Shown here one piece after another: positions 18,774 through 30,600 of a stretch of DNA of 64,000 nucleotides. The stretch lies in NCBI GenBank assembly GCA_051546255.1, contig CP128815.1:124001-188000 (forward strand), written 5' to 3'. This stretch comes from Meyerozyma guilliermondii (Eukaryota). Under the pieces are notes generated by a model. It was not told the DNA's origin. It saw nothing but the letters and a program-made list of their open reading frames with translations, and searched no databases. A program made the translations under genes and the position numbers. Every line of letters begins with the position of its first letter. Positions within the stretch are counted from its first letter, which is position 1.

Positions 18774-21179
18774 TTAGTCAACCAAAATAACTTCATTATC
18801 GTCCTTAGAATCATCCGATGGATCAACAGAGTCTGATGTCTTTGTAGTATTCTCCTTTTCTTCGCTCTTCTTCTTAGGCTTTTCACGATTAGAACTAGGA
18901 CTAGAGTCATTCAATATCGTACTCAACTTCTTTTTATTAGGAGAAGTTGAGCGTTTCAATGAAGGTGCCGGACTCCTCTTAGGCGTAGTTGGAAGCTCGG
19001 GAAGTTCGCTTTTCGTTTCACTCTTCTTTTTTGTTTTGTTCACTGCTCGTTGTAGCTTAGACTCCAAGCTGGATTTCTTTGCGGGTTCACCTCTTTCACT
19101 TTTTGCTTGTGAGGAATCGGCTCTGGAAGAATTCTTTCTCCGAAGCTCCTTGAATATGGAATCTTTGTTCTCAAATAAATCGAGAATAAGACTTGACTGA
19201 TGCTTGTCATTCTTAGAGCTGTCGACGTTGCTTCCATCATGCTTTGGCCTCAATAATAAGTGGCCGAATTCTTTAGACATTTTCAATCTCAAATCAGCAG
19301 CGATACTTTCGTCCTTAGACCCAATAATTTGAATGAGGCGATTAAGATGCGTCATAATGGCGTCGAGAGTAGCTAAATGAGACTTGGGGAGTTCCAGAAG
19401 AACATTTTGCAACCCATTAATCCGCGAATCGTGCACTTGCTTTTCTTTTGAATTCGTGGGGTAATTGGTGTATAACGACCTGATAACATCGTAACATGCA
19501 TATGGAATCACAGAGTCAGGCAATTCCAAAAAGTAGAGTTTGAGGAGATTTGTGACTACTGAAGCATCACTTTTCTTCAATACTTCATTAATTTGGGCTG
19601 GGTCTGCAACGTCGTTGATCTTGAAACGAAGTTGGTGCACATCGGTAAGCAGCACGGGCTTGATCCACAAATTTATTCTTTGTTCATCATTCTCCAAGTC
19701 TGGATAAATGTGATCCAAGTAAGACAAAACGCATTGGATGAAAAGGGGAACAACTTTGTGGTCGAGACGTGATTTTACCGATAAATCCACGCCAAACGTT
19801 TGCTTGATATTGGAGTTATAATAATTGTCATATAGTATGACGTTGGGCTTGAAATGTCCAGTGGAGTAGTTTTCAATAAGAAATTTGAGATCATTAGCTG
19901 GGTTAATTGTTTCTTCCAAGATGTTCAATTCATCAATAACCTTCTTTAAAGCATCGACTTCATCGGAGAAGCAGGATACGAAGTCGAAAGTTGCCCGCTT
20001 GAGAGCTTTCAAGCGGTCTAATTCGCACTTTTGCATGAACGTAAGGTGATCCATAATCAACTCTTCAAGCTCGCATCGAAGCTTATCACAGTCCACTGTA
20101 CTTTGATAATACTGTGAGTCCAAAAGGTCAACTTCCTGTATAAGCTTCTGAAGCTGTGAGCGGTCGTTGAAGTCAACTGCTCCCACACCAATGGCCTGTT
20201 TCATATCTTCAAAGTAGTCTCCAAACTGTGGTCCTTTGGCAAGTGTTGACTTGTTCATGTCTCCGTCATTATTCATCAATTGTGTCACTCTTGCAAGTTC
20301 AAAAGCAAGCGGTTTCCACTGGTAAAAGTATTGAGAGGAGTTGATGAAGCTTTTACCGCCACTCATAGTACCTATTCCTCTGATGAAGCCGTGGTTAAGT
20401 AGAGCTTGCCCAATTTCCTCGGCCTTGACGATATTTTTGTTGACCTGAGGCATGTTATCGAGAAGCCATTGAGTGATTGTGCTCCCTGGAGTAACGTTGT
20501 GGTATGTTCCCAAGATAGGGACTTTATGAGACGATAAGTTGATGCTCTTAAGAATATCGGCAAGAAGTGCACGCATAGATTTCTCGTCGTAATTGAAGGT
20601 ACCCAATGCGTAGACCGTTTGTTCCTCTAGGTCCTCAATGACTGTTACGTTAGACTTGGAGAATTCCATGTCTCTAATTTCAGCTTCAATTTCCTCCTCT
20701 GAATAATGCGATTTGAATTCCTCCATCAAACGGCACTTGTTGAAGTACCGCTTTTGAAGCTTGTCCAAGTGGCTCTTTGCACTTCTGAACGCCTTCTGCT
20801 TGTCGGCAAGAGTGGCCTCTGAATAGTTGACGCGTTGTTTGTGTTCCTTACTCCACTTGGTGAAAGGCTCCAAAACCTGAAGCTGAATGTTGGAGGCAAT
20901 AAGGTTGTGGTATTCTCCTTGACGAGCGAAATTCTCTTTGATCTTTACGAGACCATTCTTTATCGATGAAACATACTCGTCGTTGTCCAGTTGTTTACCG
21001 GTGGATTTGAGCGCTTGGATCGACTCTAGTTGAGAACCATAAATGAGTTCCAGTTCCATGCGTTTGGTGAATAATTGAATGAAATCGTCATTTTCTACAA
21101 TGCCATGCCTTATTTGTTCGAAGAGTACAGAAATACCCAGCTCGTAGTCCAGAGTCCAAAAACTCTCTGCGAATGACAT
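18774..21179 (-). CDS. RGD2: F-BAR/DEP/RhoGAP protein
   Basis: SFAESFW N-terminal FCH domain, DEP-like segment, TFGVDL..VPLFI and LLKLYFLELPDS GAP motifs. Confidence 0.87.
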   Translation of the reverse strand: MSFAESFWTLDYELGISVLFEQIRHGIVENDDFIQLFTKRMELELIYGSQLESIQALKSTGKQLDNDEYVSSIKNGLVKIKENFARQGEYHNLIASNIQLQVLEPFTKWSKEHKQRVNYSEATLADKQKAFRSAKSHLDKLQKRYFNKCRLMEEFKSHYSEEEIEAEIRDMEFSKSNVTVIEDLEEQTVYALGTFNYDEKSMRALLADILKSINLSSHKVPILGTYHNVTPGSTITQWLLDNMPQVNKNIVKAEEIGQALLNHGFIRGIGTMSGGKSFINSSQYFYQWKPLAFELARVTQLMNNDGDMNKSTLAKGPQFGDYFEDMKQAIGVGAVDFNDRSQLQKLIQEVDLLDSQYYQSTVDCDKLRCELEELIMDHLTFMQKCELDRLKALKRATFDFVSCFSDEVDALKKVIDELNILEETINPANDLKFLIENYSTGHFKPNVILYDNYYNSNIKQTFGVDLSVKSRLDHKVVPLFIQCVLSYLDHIYPDLENDEQRINLWIKPVLLTDVHQLRFKINDVADPAQINEVLKKSDASVVTNLLKLYFLELPDSVIPYACYDVIRSLYTNYPTNSKEKQVHDSRINGLQNVLLELPKSHLATLDAIMTHLNRLIQIIGSKDESIAADLRLKMSKEFGHLLLRPKHDGSNVDSSKNDKHQSSLILDLFENKDSIFKELRRKNSSRADSSQAKSERGEPAKKSSLESKLQRAVNKTKKKSETKSELPELPTTPKRSPAPSLKRSTSPNKKKLSTILNDSSPSSNREKPKKKSEEKENTTKTSDSVDPSDDSKDDNEVILVD

Positions 21180-21296
21180 ATGGCAGGTAATTGATTTCGT
21201 GGAGGATTTTTGGTGACAATATCGAAACCAATATGCACGCTAATTGTCTCGACGCGGCACGCAGGCTGCGGCGATTGTCCTGTGTATTAACTACTA

Positions 21297-23045
21297 CTAT
21301 ATGGGGTCTTCTCCATACTTCTTCATGTTGTCCCAGCCAATGGAGTTGGAGTTGGGGACTCGAACGCTTTCAACACTGAAAGCAAGATCGCTATTCATTG
21401 GGTTGGGATATACCGTGGTTAAACGTATTGGTTTTTTTATAGGCTGCACTTTGGTGGCTGCAGTTTCTTCATCGTTTCGAAGTTCAAGTGGTAACTTGGA
21501 GGTAATTTCCTTGTAGGTGGTGGGGTTGACTATGTTGTTGACCACTGTAACACGAGGATGTAAGAGTTCTGGAGGTATGACGGCGTTGGGATCTTGCGAA
21601 TGTTTTCGAATAGCATTTTCTCGTTGTTGCTTCTCGACTTGCTCCTTCCTAAGCATTGTCAACTGGTCAAAGTCTGTCATCTTGAATTCGTAATATCGAT
21701 CCCAAGTTTCTCGAGCTATTTCTCTGTAGCTGTTGACAAGTAAGTTGTACTGGAGATTAGCATGGAGCATTTCGATATTGCTGTGATCTTCCACCTCATC
21801 TCTCTTTGCTGAGGAAGCTTCCTTGATGACTTTGTTGTGAAACAGTTCATGTACCAAGCCCTTTATGTTCATATCTGCGCGTCTTTTCCTCATACGCTGC
21901 AACTGCTTAGGACTTTTATGACACTTTGAAATCACAGTTAAAGACGCAGGTATTCTATTCAACTTGTTTGCAAACGCAGCGTCCTTGTAATTACCACTAC
22001 CGACTCCTCTGTGAGTCTTTGTGTAGTAGTATTTGGTAAGAGTGGTTTCGAGCTCCGAATAAGATAGCTGCTGCATATTCTTCAGCACCTTCGTTTCTGG
22101 CTTTTTAATCGGGAATGCAGGAGATTGTTGTGTACCTCGAGAGGCGTAATAGTTTGGAACTTTACACAAGTGGTTGATATTGAACTCCTGGATGTACCCT
22201 TGTCCTGGAATTAAAGACTCGGTCAAATCTAGCGTATTGGGATCGATACTGGTGTAATACTTGCGGATCTTTCCAAGAGGCCTACGACTAACTGGTTTGC
22301 GGCCTCTCTTTAAGGGACCATGTCCCTCTGACCTCGCTGGCGCTGACGCTGGGTCTGGCCTCTCTGGTTGTTGTACTTCTAAGGGGGGAAGGACGTTTTC
22401 CTGAGCGAGCAATTCCAAATCGGCTGGAGGAAGTTTCGAGGGAGGAAGCAAACGTTGGAACATGGGCAATGTCTTGTAAAACTTGAACTTTGCCACCTTG
22501 GTTAAAGCGTTGAATGTGGAGAAATTGAGGTCAAGAGTCGATTTAACTTCACCATACTGAGGTAATACTTGGTTGATACTGATCTGGTTCTCCTCTAGTT
22601 GAGGATTAATGACAGGAGCTGAGGAAACGCTGTTGGCTTCATTAGTTGACTCCCCAATGAGAATCTCCTTATTGGTAAGAATGGACAAGAGAAAACGGAA
22701 GGGGAGATAAAATTGACGTTTATCGGTATCGTCTTTAGAGATAAGTCCATGACTCCAAAGGTGATTGTTTTCAGTGGTTGTAGTCCTTTTGAGGTGTGTT
22801 TTGACTCCATACTTGCTCATACGCATCAAAACTTGATACGAGGATGGTAACCGCCATAGTAAAGCCAAGTCTCTAACCAAAACATTGTACTCGTTGTTGT
22901 CAAACAGAAATAATGGCACCTTACTCTCCAGCTCAAAATCTGCCAAATCACGTATTTGTTCTGCTGCATCAGCAAATGCTGGTTCTGTTGGCTCTGTGAT
23001 GGATAATGGGCTCCGCAAAGGAACTGACGGATGTATTACCTTCAT
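21297..23045 (-). CDS. SWP82: Rsc7/Swp82-family chromatin remodelling subunit (SWP82-like)
   Basis: Blocks LIPGQGY..KVPNYY, IEMLH..WDRYYEFK and RVPNSNSIG resemble recalled S. cerevisiae Swp82 blocks; AT-hook-like KRGRKP. Confidence 0.62.
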   Translation of the reverse strand: MKVIHPSVPLRSPLSITEPTEPAFADAAEQIRDLADFELESKVPLFLFDNNEYNVLVRDLALLWRLPSSYQVLMRMSKYGVKTHLKRTTTTENNHLWSHGLISKDDTDKRQFYLPFRFLLSILTNKEILIGESTNEANSVSSAPVINPQLEENQISINQVLPQYGEVKSTLDLNFSTFNALTKVAKFKFYKTLPMFQRLLPPSKLPPADLELLAQENVLPPLEVQQPERPDPASAPARSEGHGPLKRGRKPVSRRPLGKIRKYYTSIDPNTLDLTESLIPGQGYIQEFNINHLCKVPNYYASRGTQQSPAFPIKKPETKVLKNMQQLSYSELETTLTKYYYTKTHRGVGSGNYKDAAFANKLNRIPASLTVISKCHKSPKQLQRMRKRRADMNIKGLVHELFHNKVIKEASSAKRDEVEDHSNIEMLHANLQYNLLVNSYREIARETWDRYYEFKMTDFDQLTMLRKEQVEKQQRENAIRKHSQDPNAVIPPELLHPRVTVVNNIVNPTTYKEITSKLPLELRNDEETAATKVQPIKKPIRLTTVYPNPMNSDLAFSVESVRVPNSNSIGWDNMKKYGEDPI

Positions 23046-23151
23046 GTCACAGTTAAGCGAGTAGGATTTGTGAATTACTGCAGGACTGGAAGAATTTCCT
23101 GCATAATGTACAGAATAGGTAACTTATTAAAGTCGAGCTAACTGGCCATAA

Positions 23152-23886
<735 letters not shown>

Positions 23887-24135
23887 TCTAATATTGTGGG
23901 TCGATTGACAAAACATCACATCTACAATGTAATAAATTGTTTCTATACACCAAGTTTCATATGCAACATGTTGCGAATATATCGCCATGTAGAATTTCAT
24001 AGTCGTGTGGGTAGTTTCACAATTGGGGTAATCTCTTTAACCGAATCATATCCGGAGGGGTATTGCCCCATTGGTGCCCGCTAACCTTAATTTTTAAATA
24101 GCATTCTGTACATGGCTCGCACCCCATTCCGGCTG

Positions 24136-24197
24136 CCTCGGCCACCGTCTCCGCGCATGCATATCCAGGACATATACAGGAAGTTGCGGTTCCTCGG
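24136..24197 (+). promoter_or_regulatory. Two CCTCGG motifs (FarA/Ctf1-type fatty-acid response) upstream of ECI1
   Basis: CCTCGG at 24136-24141 and 24192-24197. Confidence 0.5.
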
Positions 24198-24253
24198 TTC
24201 TCCTCATTATTTAAGCCATATAACCTGGGGTACTTTGGAGAAATAATTTCACC

Positions 24254-25075
24254 ATGTCTGAGGGAGAAGATATCTTGTATGAAGTGAAGGGCAAAACCGC
24301 CATCATCACGTTGAACCTTGACAAAAAGCTCAATGCTTTGAATGGTCCTCAATACCAACTTTTGACTGAGCTTCTTCAGAGAGCTGATGAAGATGAAGAC
24401 ACGGTTTTGACACTTTTTCAATCCACGGGACGTTTTTTCAGTGCTGGCGCCAACATCTCTGACTTGGGAAACGCTGAATCTTCTGAGATCTTCTCGTACC
24501 CTTATTGGCTCAAAAACTTTACCGGTAGAAATGTGTGGTCTACCGATGTGTTCATGAATCACAAGAAGGTACTTGCTTGCGCTTTAAACGGTCCGGTTAT
24601 CGGTTTGAGTGCTGCTCTTGTGTGCCTTTGTGACTTGATCTACGTGAATGATGAGGAGAAATTCTACCTCCTTGCGCCATTCTCCAACTTGGGTTTGGTT
24701 GCAGAAGGTGGTGCCAGTGCTTCCATGTTCATGAGACTTGGCTGGGCAAAAGCTTCTGAAGCACTTCTTTTCTCTAGACCCATCCCTGGTACTATCCTTG
24801 AAAAAAATGGTTTCTTTAATAAGTCTTACAAGGACCAGAAATTGTCTACTGAAGCGTTCAACGAACAGGTGCGCAAAGATTTGGAAGGTCAATTTGAGAA
24901 CTTGTATTACCCATCTATCTTTGAAAACAAGGAGTTGCTCAAAGTCAACAGGGATGCGCAGATCAGTGCTGCCAGTTCCAGAGAGTCGGTTATTGGCTTA
25001 AGAAGATGGGTCGCAGGTATTCCTCAGGAGCGGTTCATGAAATTGGCTCAAAAGGATATCAAACATAAGATGTAG
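24254..25075 (+). CDS. ECI1: Peroxisomal delta3,delta2-enoyl-CoA isomerase (crotonase family)
   Basis: KKLNAL, FFSAGA, LNGPVIGLSAALV and PFSNLGLVAEGG; PTS1-like C-terminus HKM. Confidence 0.88.
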   Translation: MSEGEDILYEVKGKTAIITLNLDKKLNALNGPQYQLLTELLQRADEDEDTVLTLFQSTGRFFSAGANISDLGNAESSEIFSYPYWLKNFTGRNVWSTDVFMNHKKVLACALNGPVIGLSAALVCLCDLIYVNDEEKFYLLAPFSNLGLVAEGGASASMFMRLGWAKASEALLFSRPIPGTILEKNGFFNKSYKDQKLSTEAFNEQVRKDLEGQFENLYYPSIFENKELLKVNRDAQISAASSRESVIGLRRWVAGIPQERFMKLAQKDIKHKM

Positions 25076-25303
25076 TTATGAATATTTATCGCAAACTTCA
25101 CTGAATTTATGTATTCGTCTTACTTGGTGTAGCCAATACCGTCCAATTTTGAAAATGATGTGGAAAATTTGGCGGTTTACATTAGAGCCTCCTCATATTC
25201 ATCTCGTTTTTGCAGCCGGCTGGGGTGCAGCTCCTGCACGATATGGAACCAATTCTCACTGCGATTCTCAGCCTAATTATATGGTAATCTGCTGCGAACG
25301 TTT

Positions 25304-27667
25304 ATGAGCTTTAATATTCCCAATCCCAGTCTATTGGGTATCTTTCTCGTCATTTCCACGCACAGTGGACCTACGCTGGTGTTCCTGTACCCTCCAGAAC
25401 TAAGCTCTGACAAAACTCTGTCTCAGCGACGAAACCGCCATGAAGATAACGAAGACTATAATGATCAAAATAATGCTCCAGAAGAACAGAAAACCAATGT
25501 CAAGGTAGATGATGAAGATGATGATGGTCTCTCTTCCGAAGAAAGTGATTTCAGTGATGAGCAATTTCTTCTCAATGAAGAGTGGGACTCCCGCAATGTC
25601 AACTATTATATGGGAACTAAGAAAGATTTATTGTCATTTTTAGATGATGAAGAAAAGCGCCGTCGATCCAGCGGAAAGGAGCGTTTACGAGCACCATTGT
25701 CACCAGAACTCCAACCAGTCATCTCGCAAGAGAATAACAGCCCATCTTCCAATAACCTTAAAAAGACAGTTTCTGAGGTTTCTGACTCACAACAAAGTAG
25801 CAGTTCTCGTAACTCGGGTTCGAACCGTAAATCTTCTTCGGCTCAGACAGCGAAAGATAATATTCTTGGATTCGACAAGGAATATTTGTGTGAACTTTTA
25901 TGTCCACCTAGGCTGATGTGCAACTCAAGATTCGAGATTACGGTTGATGATCATGTTTTCATTGGTTTACCAGTACACTGCTACGATAACGGCCTGTGGA
26001 GACACAAGACAAAAACAAAGTCAACAAGATCGGGCTCTAAAGTTTCGGCTGATGGGCAGTTATATGAAGATTCGCAGAATTCAAATTCCACTCTGAGGGC
26101 CACTATGAGCATGTTTCATCTTGTGTTCATTATGGACCCGCCAGTGGTAGAATACAACTACCGTGTGGACGAGATGTTTCACTTTGTTATCTCTCGCTTG
26201 GCACTCGTGCTAAGATATGAACAACTGAAGCACGATTATGTATGGAAGCAAGTGAAGCTCATCTCGAAACTTAAGGAAGACCACAGACTATCACAAGGAA
26301 ACGACGAAGGTTTGCATGAATTTCTCGTCAATAGATCCTCGCTTTGTCGTCTGATCAAGGACTGCTATGAAGCGATATCAAAGCATGATATTGCAAACTT
26401 ATTCGTGAACAAAAAGCTACGATCGTTTCAAATACCCATCAAGACCGAGTTCCACTCGCTACCTGAGCCTACTGTACCACATTTACCAGGGTCTTACTTG
26501 TCTACAACTGTGAATTTGCTTGCCGGTACCGGGTTGATTAACATCGGTGAGACTACAAGATATGGCATGCAAGGACTGTTGAGTAGTATCACTCCAGGAA
26601 GCACATATGATGCAGATGAAGATTCACTTCAGACAGATTCTGGTTCCAAAACTGACGACATAATATACTTCTCTCTATTATTGCTTGACGACCCGAACTC
26701 GATTATCAGAGACATTAACGCAGAACCACAGAGTGCAATTGCCCGTTTCATCCATAGCATCAAGCCTACCGAATCACTAGAAAGATTAGCTCACAAACTC
26801 AACCACCACGAAAAGATGGAGTCAAATATAGCTGAAGTCAAGTCCTTTGCTTTCCATTTGGTATACTGGAGGAGAGCAAGAGTGATCCAGCCACTAAGCT
26901 CACGCTCTGTCTATATCGTGTCACCCATGGCACCCCTTTCATTCAACCTTTACAACGACATCAAAGCTTTCAAAGCCGCATTTTCATCACTTCCTTCGTT
27001 ACCACACTTCCTTAAGCTACTTTCTGCCCTGAGCCGTAAACCAAAACAATTTGCTGCGGCTATTCCTTCCAAAGACCATCGTGATATTTATATGGAAGCG
27101 CTAGGCTGGCTCATGAAGTATGGTTATGTGACTCAACTTCATACTTTTGTTTGGCTCAAAATCTCCAAGAAAATTAAGATGAAGGTGGAAGAGGATATAG
27201 AGAAGGAATCGGCTGGCAGAAAACGAAGCAACCCTGTTACTCCAAGTGTCGAGAAATACCATAAGCTACTTGCCACGGATAACACATCAAAGGCGTACAG
27301 CGATGGTCCATCGGATGCCAATATTCGTCGTACGAGAGCCAACAAACCGTCGTCTCTGCCTAGTAGTGGGATTGGAGTTAATTCGAATCCTTACAATACT
27401 GATATTGTTTTGGAAAAAGATGGTGATACCATTATTTTGGATCCGGGGAGGGCTTCGTCATTGGAGAGAAAATGGATCAACAAAATCATCTTTGACGAGT
27501 GCAAACTTACACCTGCCATGGTTTCTGTGTTCTACAAATTTCTCAAGTATATGAATGGAAAGAACTCTTTGGAGCTATTATTGTTAAAGGAGAATGTCTC
27601 TCGTCATGATTTGAGAAAATTGATGTTTGCTATTGAAGACCATATTATTTCTGTACGACACTGGTAA
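25304..27667 (+). CDS. NPR3: SEACIT/GATOR1 subunit Npr3
   Basis: [44 protein letters not shown] and IPSKDHR. Confidence 0.92.
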   Translation: MSFNIPNPSLLGIFLVISTHSGPTLVFLYPPELSSDKTLSQRRNRHEDNEDYNDQNNAPEEQKTNVKVDDEDDDGLSSEESDFSDEQFLLNEEWDSRNVNYYMGTKKDLLSFLDDEEKRRRSSGKERLRAPLSPELQPVISQENNSPSSNNLKKTVSEVSDSQQSSSSRNSGSNRKSSSAQTAKDNILGFDKEYLCELLCPPRLMCNSRFEITVDDHVFIGLPVHCYDNGLWRHKTKTKSTRSGSKVSADGQLYEDSQNSNSTLRATMSMFHLVFIMDPPVVEYNYRVDEMFHFVISRLALVLRYEQLKHDYVWKQVKLISKLKEDHRLSQGNDEGLHEFLVNRSSLCRLIKDCYEAISKHDIANLFVNKKLRSFQIPIKTEFHSLPEPTVPHLPGSYLSTTVNLLAGTGLINIGETTRYGMQGLLSSITPGSTYDADEDSLQTDSGSKTDDIIYFSLLLLDDPNSIIRDINAEPQSAIARFIHSIKPTESLERLAHKLNHHEKMESNIAEVKSFAFHLVYWRRARVIQPLSSRSVYIVSPMAPLSFNLYNDIKAFKAAFSSLPSLPHFLKLLSALSRKPKQFAAAIPSKDHRDIYMEALGWLMKYGYVTQLHTFVWLKISKKIKMKVEEDIEKESAGRKRSNPVTPSVEKYHKLLATDNTSKAYSDGPSDANIRRTRANKPSSLPSSGIGVNSNPYNTDIVLEKDGDTIILDPGRASSLERKWINKIIFDECKLTPAMVSVFYKFLKYMNGKNSLELLLLKENVSRHDLRKLMFAIEDHIISVRHW

Positions 27668-27675
27668 ACGTTATA

Positions 27676-30600
27676 TTATGCTAATGAACTTTCTTGTGTA
27701 GCTTCCAACTTGTCACCTCCTTCAATTTCATTATAAGTCGCAAAATGTATTGGACGGTGCAAATCATGATAGAAAGGATATGGAATGTCAATTTTTAAAC
27801 CATACGAGTCTTTTGGATTCCATATAGGACCCAAAAAGGTGTAATTCCAAATTCCATCATCAGGAACCATGAACGATCCCACAATTCGGTTTGAAAGAAC
27901 TATCTGAGAACGTTGGGTAAAAGTTGGTGAGTATCCTTGGGGTGTTTGAGAAGATAAATCGAAATTTGTGGCTCCCCAATTGTAACCTTCTTCAGTCAAC
28001 ACTCCAGAGTTTAATGTAACCGAACCAGGAGTAAATGCCACCAGTACTGTCACCGACGAAGTTCCCCACTGCTCGTTGTTGGCTTTCAACTCTGCAAGAG
28101 TTTTGATTTCCACTGGCGTGAGGAGACTCAGTTCGTTCGGTTGAGTGTGTATCCATCCTAGCAACTCGAGACCTTCTAGTGGGCCGCTCGCGGACGGAAG
28201 CTTTTCCGGCAACTTGATGGAATGACTGTTGGCAATTTGTGGTACAAGAACAATGTACTTGATTTCTTTCACCTGAGAATTTTCTGGAGGGGAAACTCCG
28301 TAGAGAAATCCACCAACTTGGGTTCTTACATCTGAAATCTGAATGAGCTTCTTGAGCAAATTCTGTGGCATGATACAGATGGGGTTCTCATCATCGTCAT
28401 CTCCATCAAATGGTGATACAAAAATGTTCTTCGCCCGCAAATGGAGGTTCCCTGAAGCAATGGCACGATTACGCCAATCATTCTTTGACTCGAATAACAG
28501 CTGTTCGTAATTCGTGGTGGTCACGGTGACTATTTCTTCTCCATGAACATTGTGTGTCGTTGTCTTCATAGCAGTCAATTGTTGACTGGCATTAGCTATA
28601 CCATTATTGGCACTGCCATTTGTATCTGTAGCTTCCTGGCGCTTGGTCGATGGCGCTTTGATCTCTTGACCTAAGATCAAGTCACGAACTTCGGATTGAG
28701 TCAACGACTGAATATTGACATTATTCTTCTTGGCATAGTCGTTTAAAATCAAATCTCTCAATTGAGCCTCAACCTCAATCCATTGTTCATCAGAAAATGA
28801 TGGCCAGAGATGGTGCTCTTGGGTGATAACACTGGCATCAGGGCGCAAAATCAAGTTGGTCCTCTCCTGGTTAATACCAAGAGCTCTCATCAATAATATC
28901 ACTCTTGAGAATGCGGTATATGCTGAAATGCTCTGAAGCCAGTCATCATAAAGATTAAAAAGTACCATTTGTGGCTCCTTGGCCTTTAAGACGACGTTGG
29001 CAAGTTTATCCACCTTCATGGAAGCTGCAAATGGCAAGTGAAGTTCAGACAGCCGGATAGACAAGTTGGGGAAATCGAGAGTATGAACCTCCATTGGTTG
29101 CTGCATTCCTTTTCTAGTTAAGATTAATCTTTTAGGTTGCTCCTCTCGAGGAAGTGAACGAATTAATGCGGCAACCTCTTCAGCACTCTTCCATCTCGAA
29201 AGCTGCCCGAGTCTCTTCTGACCAGCCCAAACAGATGTATGAATCACTTTCAAGAACAACTGACCTGTTTTCGGATTCAACATGAAAAGACATCCATTGA
29301 CAGGTTTCGTAGTAAGATTACCTTCAAAAGTCTTGTGAACGGTAACTCTGTAGACGTTCGTATCGTCGATGAAGAACTGAGTTTCGTTGCTGAATAGTTC
29401 TGCGTAGTTGCTGGAATTCAAGAAAGTCTCTTGAGGTTGAGACTGGTACAATTGTAATCCTTTTCTCAACCGTTCACGCAACACGTACAATGCCGGGTTA
29501 GCCTTCATTATCTCTTTCATTGCGCTCTGCATCAACGGCTTGAAGCCTGAAAACCAGTTTCCAAAAACATCATACATGTTGTACGCCAAGTCAATTCCAA
29601 CCATGGCTCCAGTTGGGGATGGATAAGAACTAGTGTTATCCGTGGTATAGTCCAAAAATTTGGCTCTGGTGTATCTGGAAATATTATGGGAATCATAATC
29701 ACCGTACCGCAATTGAACATCTATCCAGAATTTTTTGGCTGACACAGCATCAAAAGAGTCATTTTCGTCAAAGAGTAAAGATGGACGAGAGACATTCCAC
29801 TTGTATGAGCTTGAAAGAACAATGTCTGCACAAGAAGAATTCATCTTGTATGACTTTCTTGGATGAATTGCTTGTTTCTCCACGGAATCAATCTGCAACA
29901 TATCGATCTCCTTATCAAGCACCTGACAGATATCTTGGACTATACTCTCATGAATCTTTTGCCATAAATGAGCCCTAAAAATCTGAATCAATGAAATCTT
30001 GAGGGTTGGTATCTTACCATGGAGAAATATACCAGTAAGATCCAACTGAACGAGAAATCCAACGTAAACGTTTGCTCTATTAATTGTGGGCGACCACCAT
30101 AACGTGAACCGACGATTCGGTATTTGACTCAATCCTGAACGCTGAGCATTTGTCAACTTTTTGAACTTTAAGGAATCCTCGAAACCAGTCGACTTTTCCC
30201 AAAAAAGTCCCTCCCAGGAATCAAACCCGGTTCCTTTGAACAAAGTGTGCTCTAGAATTGTCTCAATACCTCCCAATGCTTGAATAACGTCGGTCCTGTA
30301 AGCATTGAGATTCCACAATTTACCATCGTGATGATTGCTAGTCCACCAAAATGGGTTGAATCTAGCCATGCTATACTGTTTGAACTCCCGTCTTATACGG
30401 TGACCCTTATCGTAAGCAAGTGTATGGCGATCTTTTTGAAAAAGGGTGCTTATTCTAGGAATACCTCTGTCCCAATTTTCCTCCATATCCTCAAACGTTA
30501 AACGTCTGTTCTGTTCCATTGCTTCTTGACGTTTAATGGCATATTCTGCCCAAACTCTCTGTGAGTCTAAAAATTCGTTTTCCCACGTTGGAATATAACG

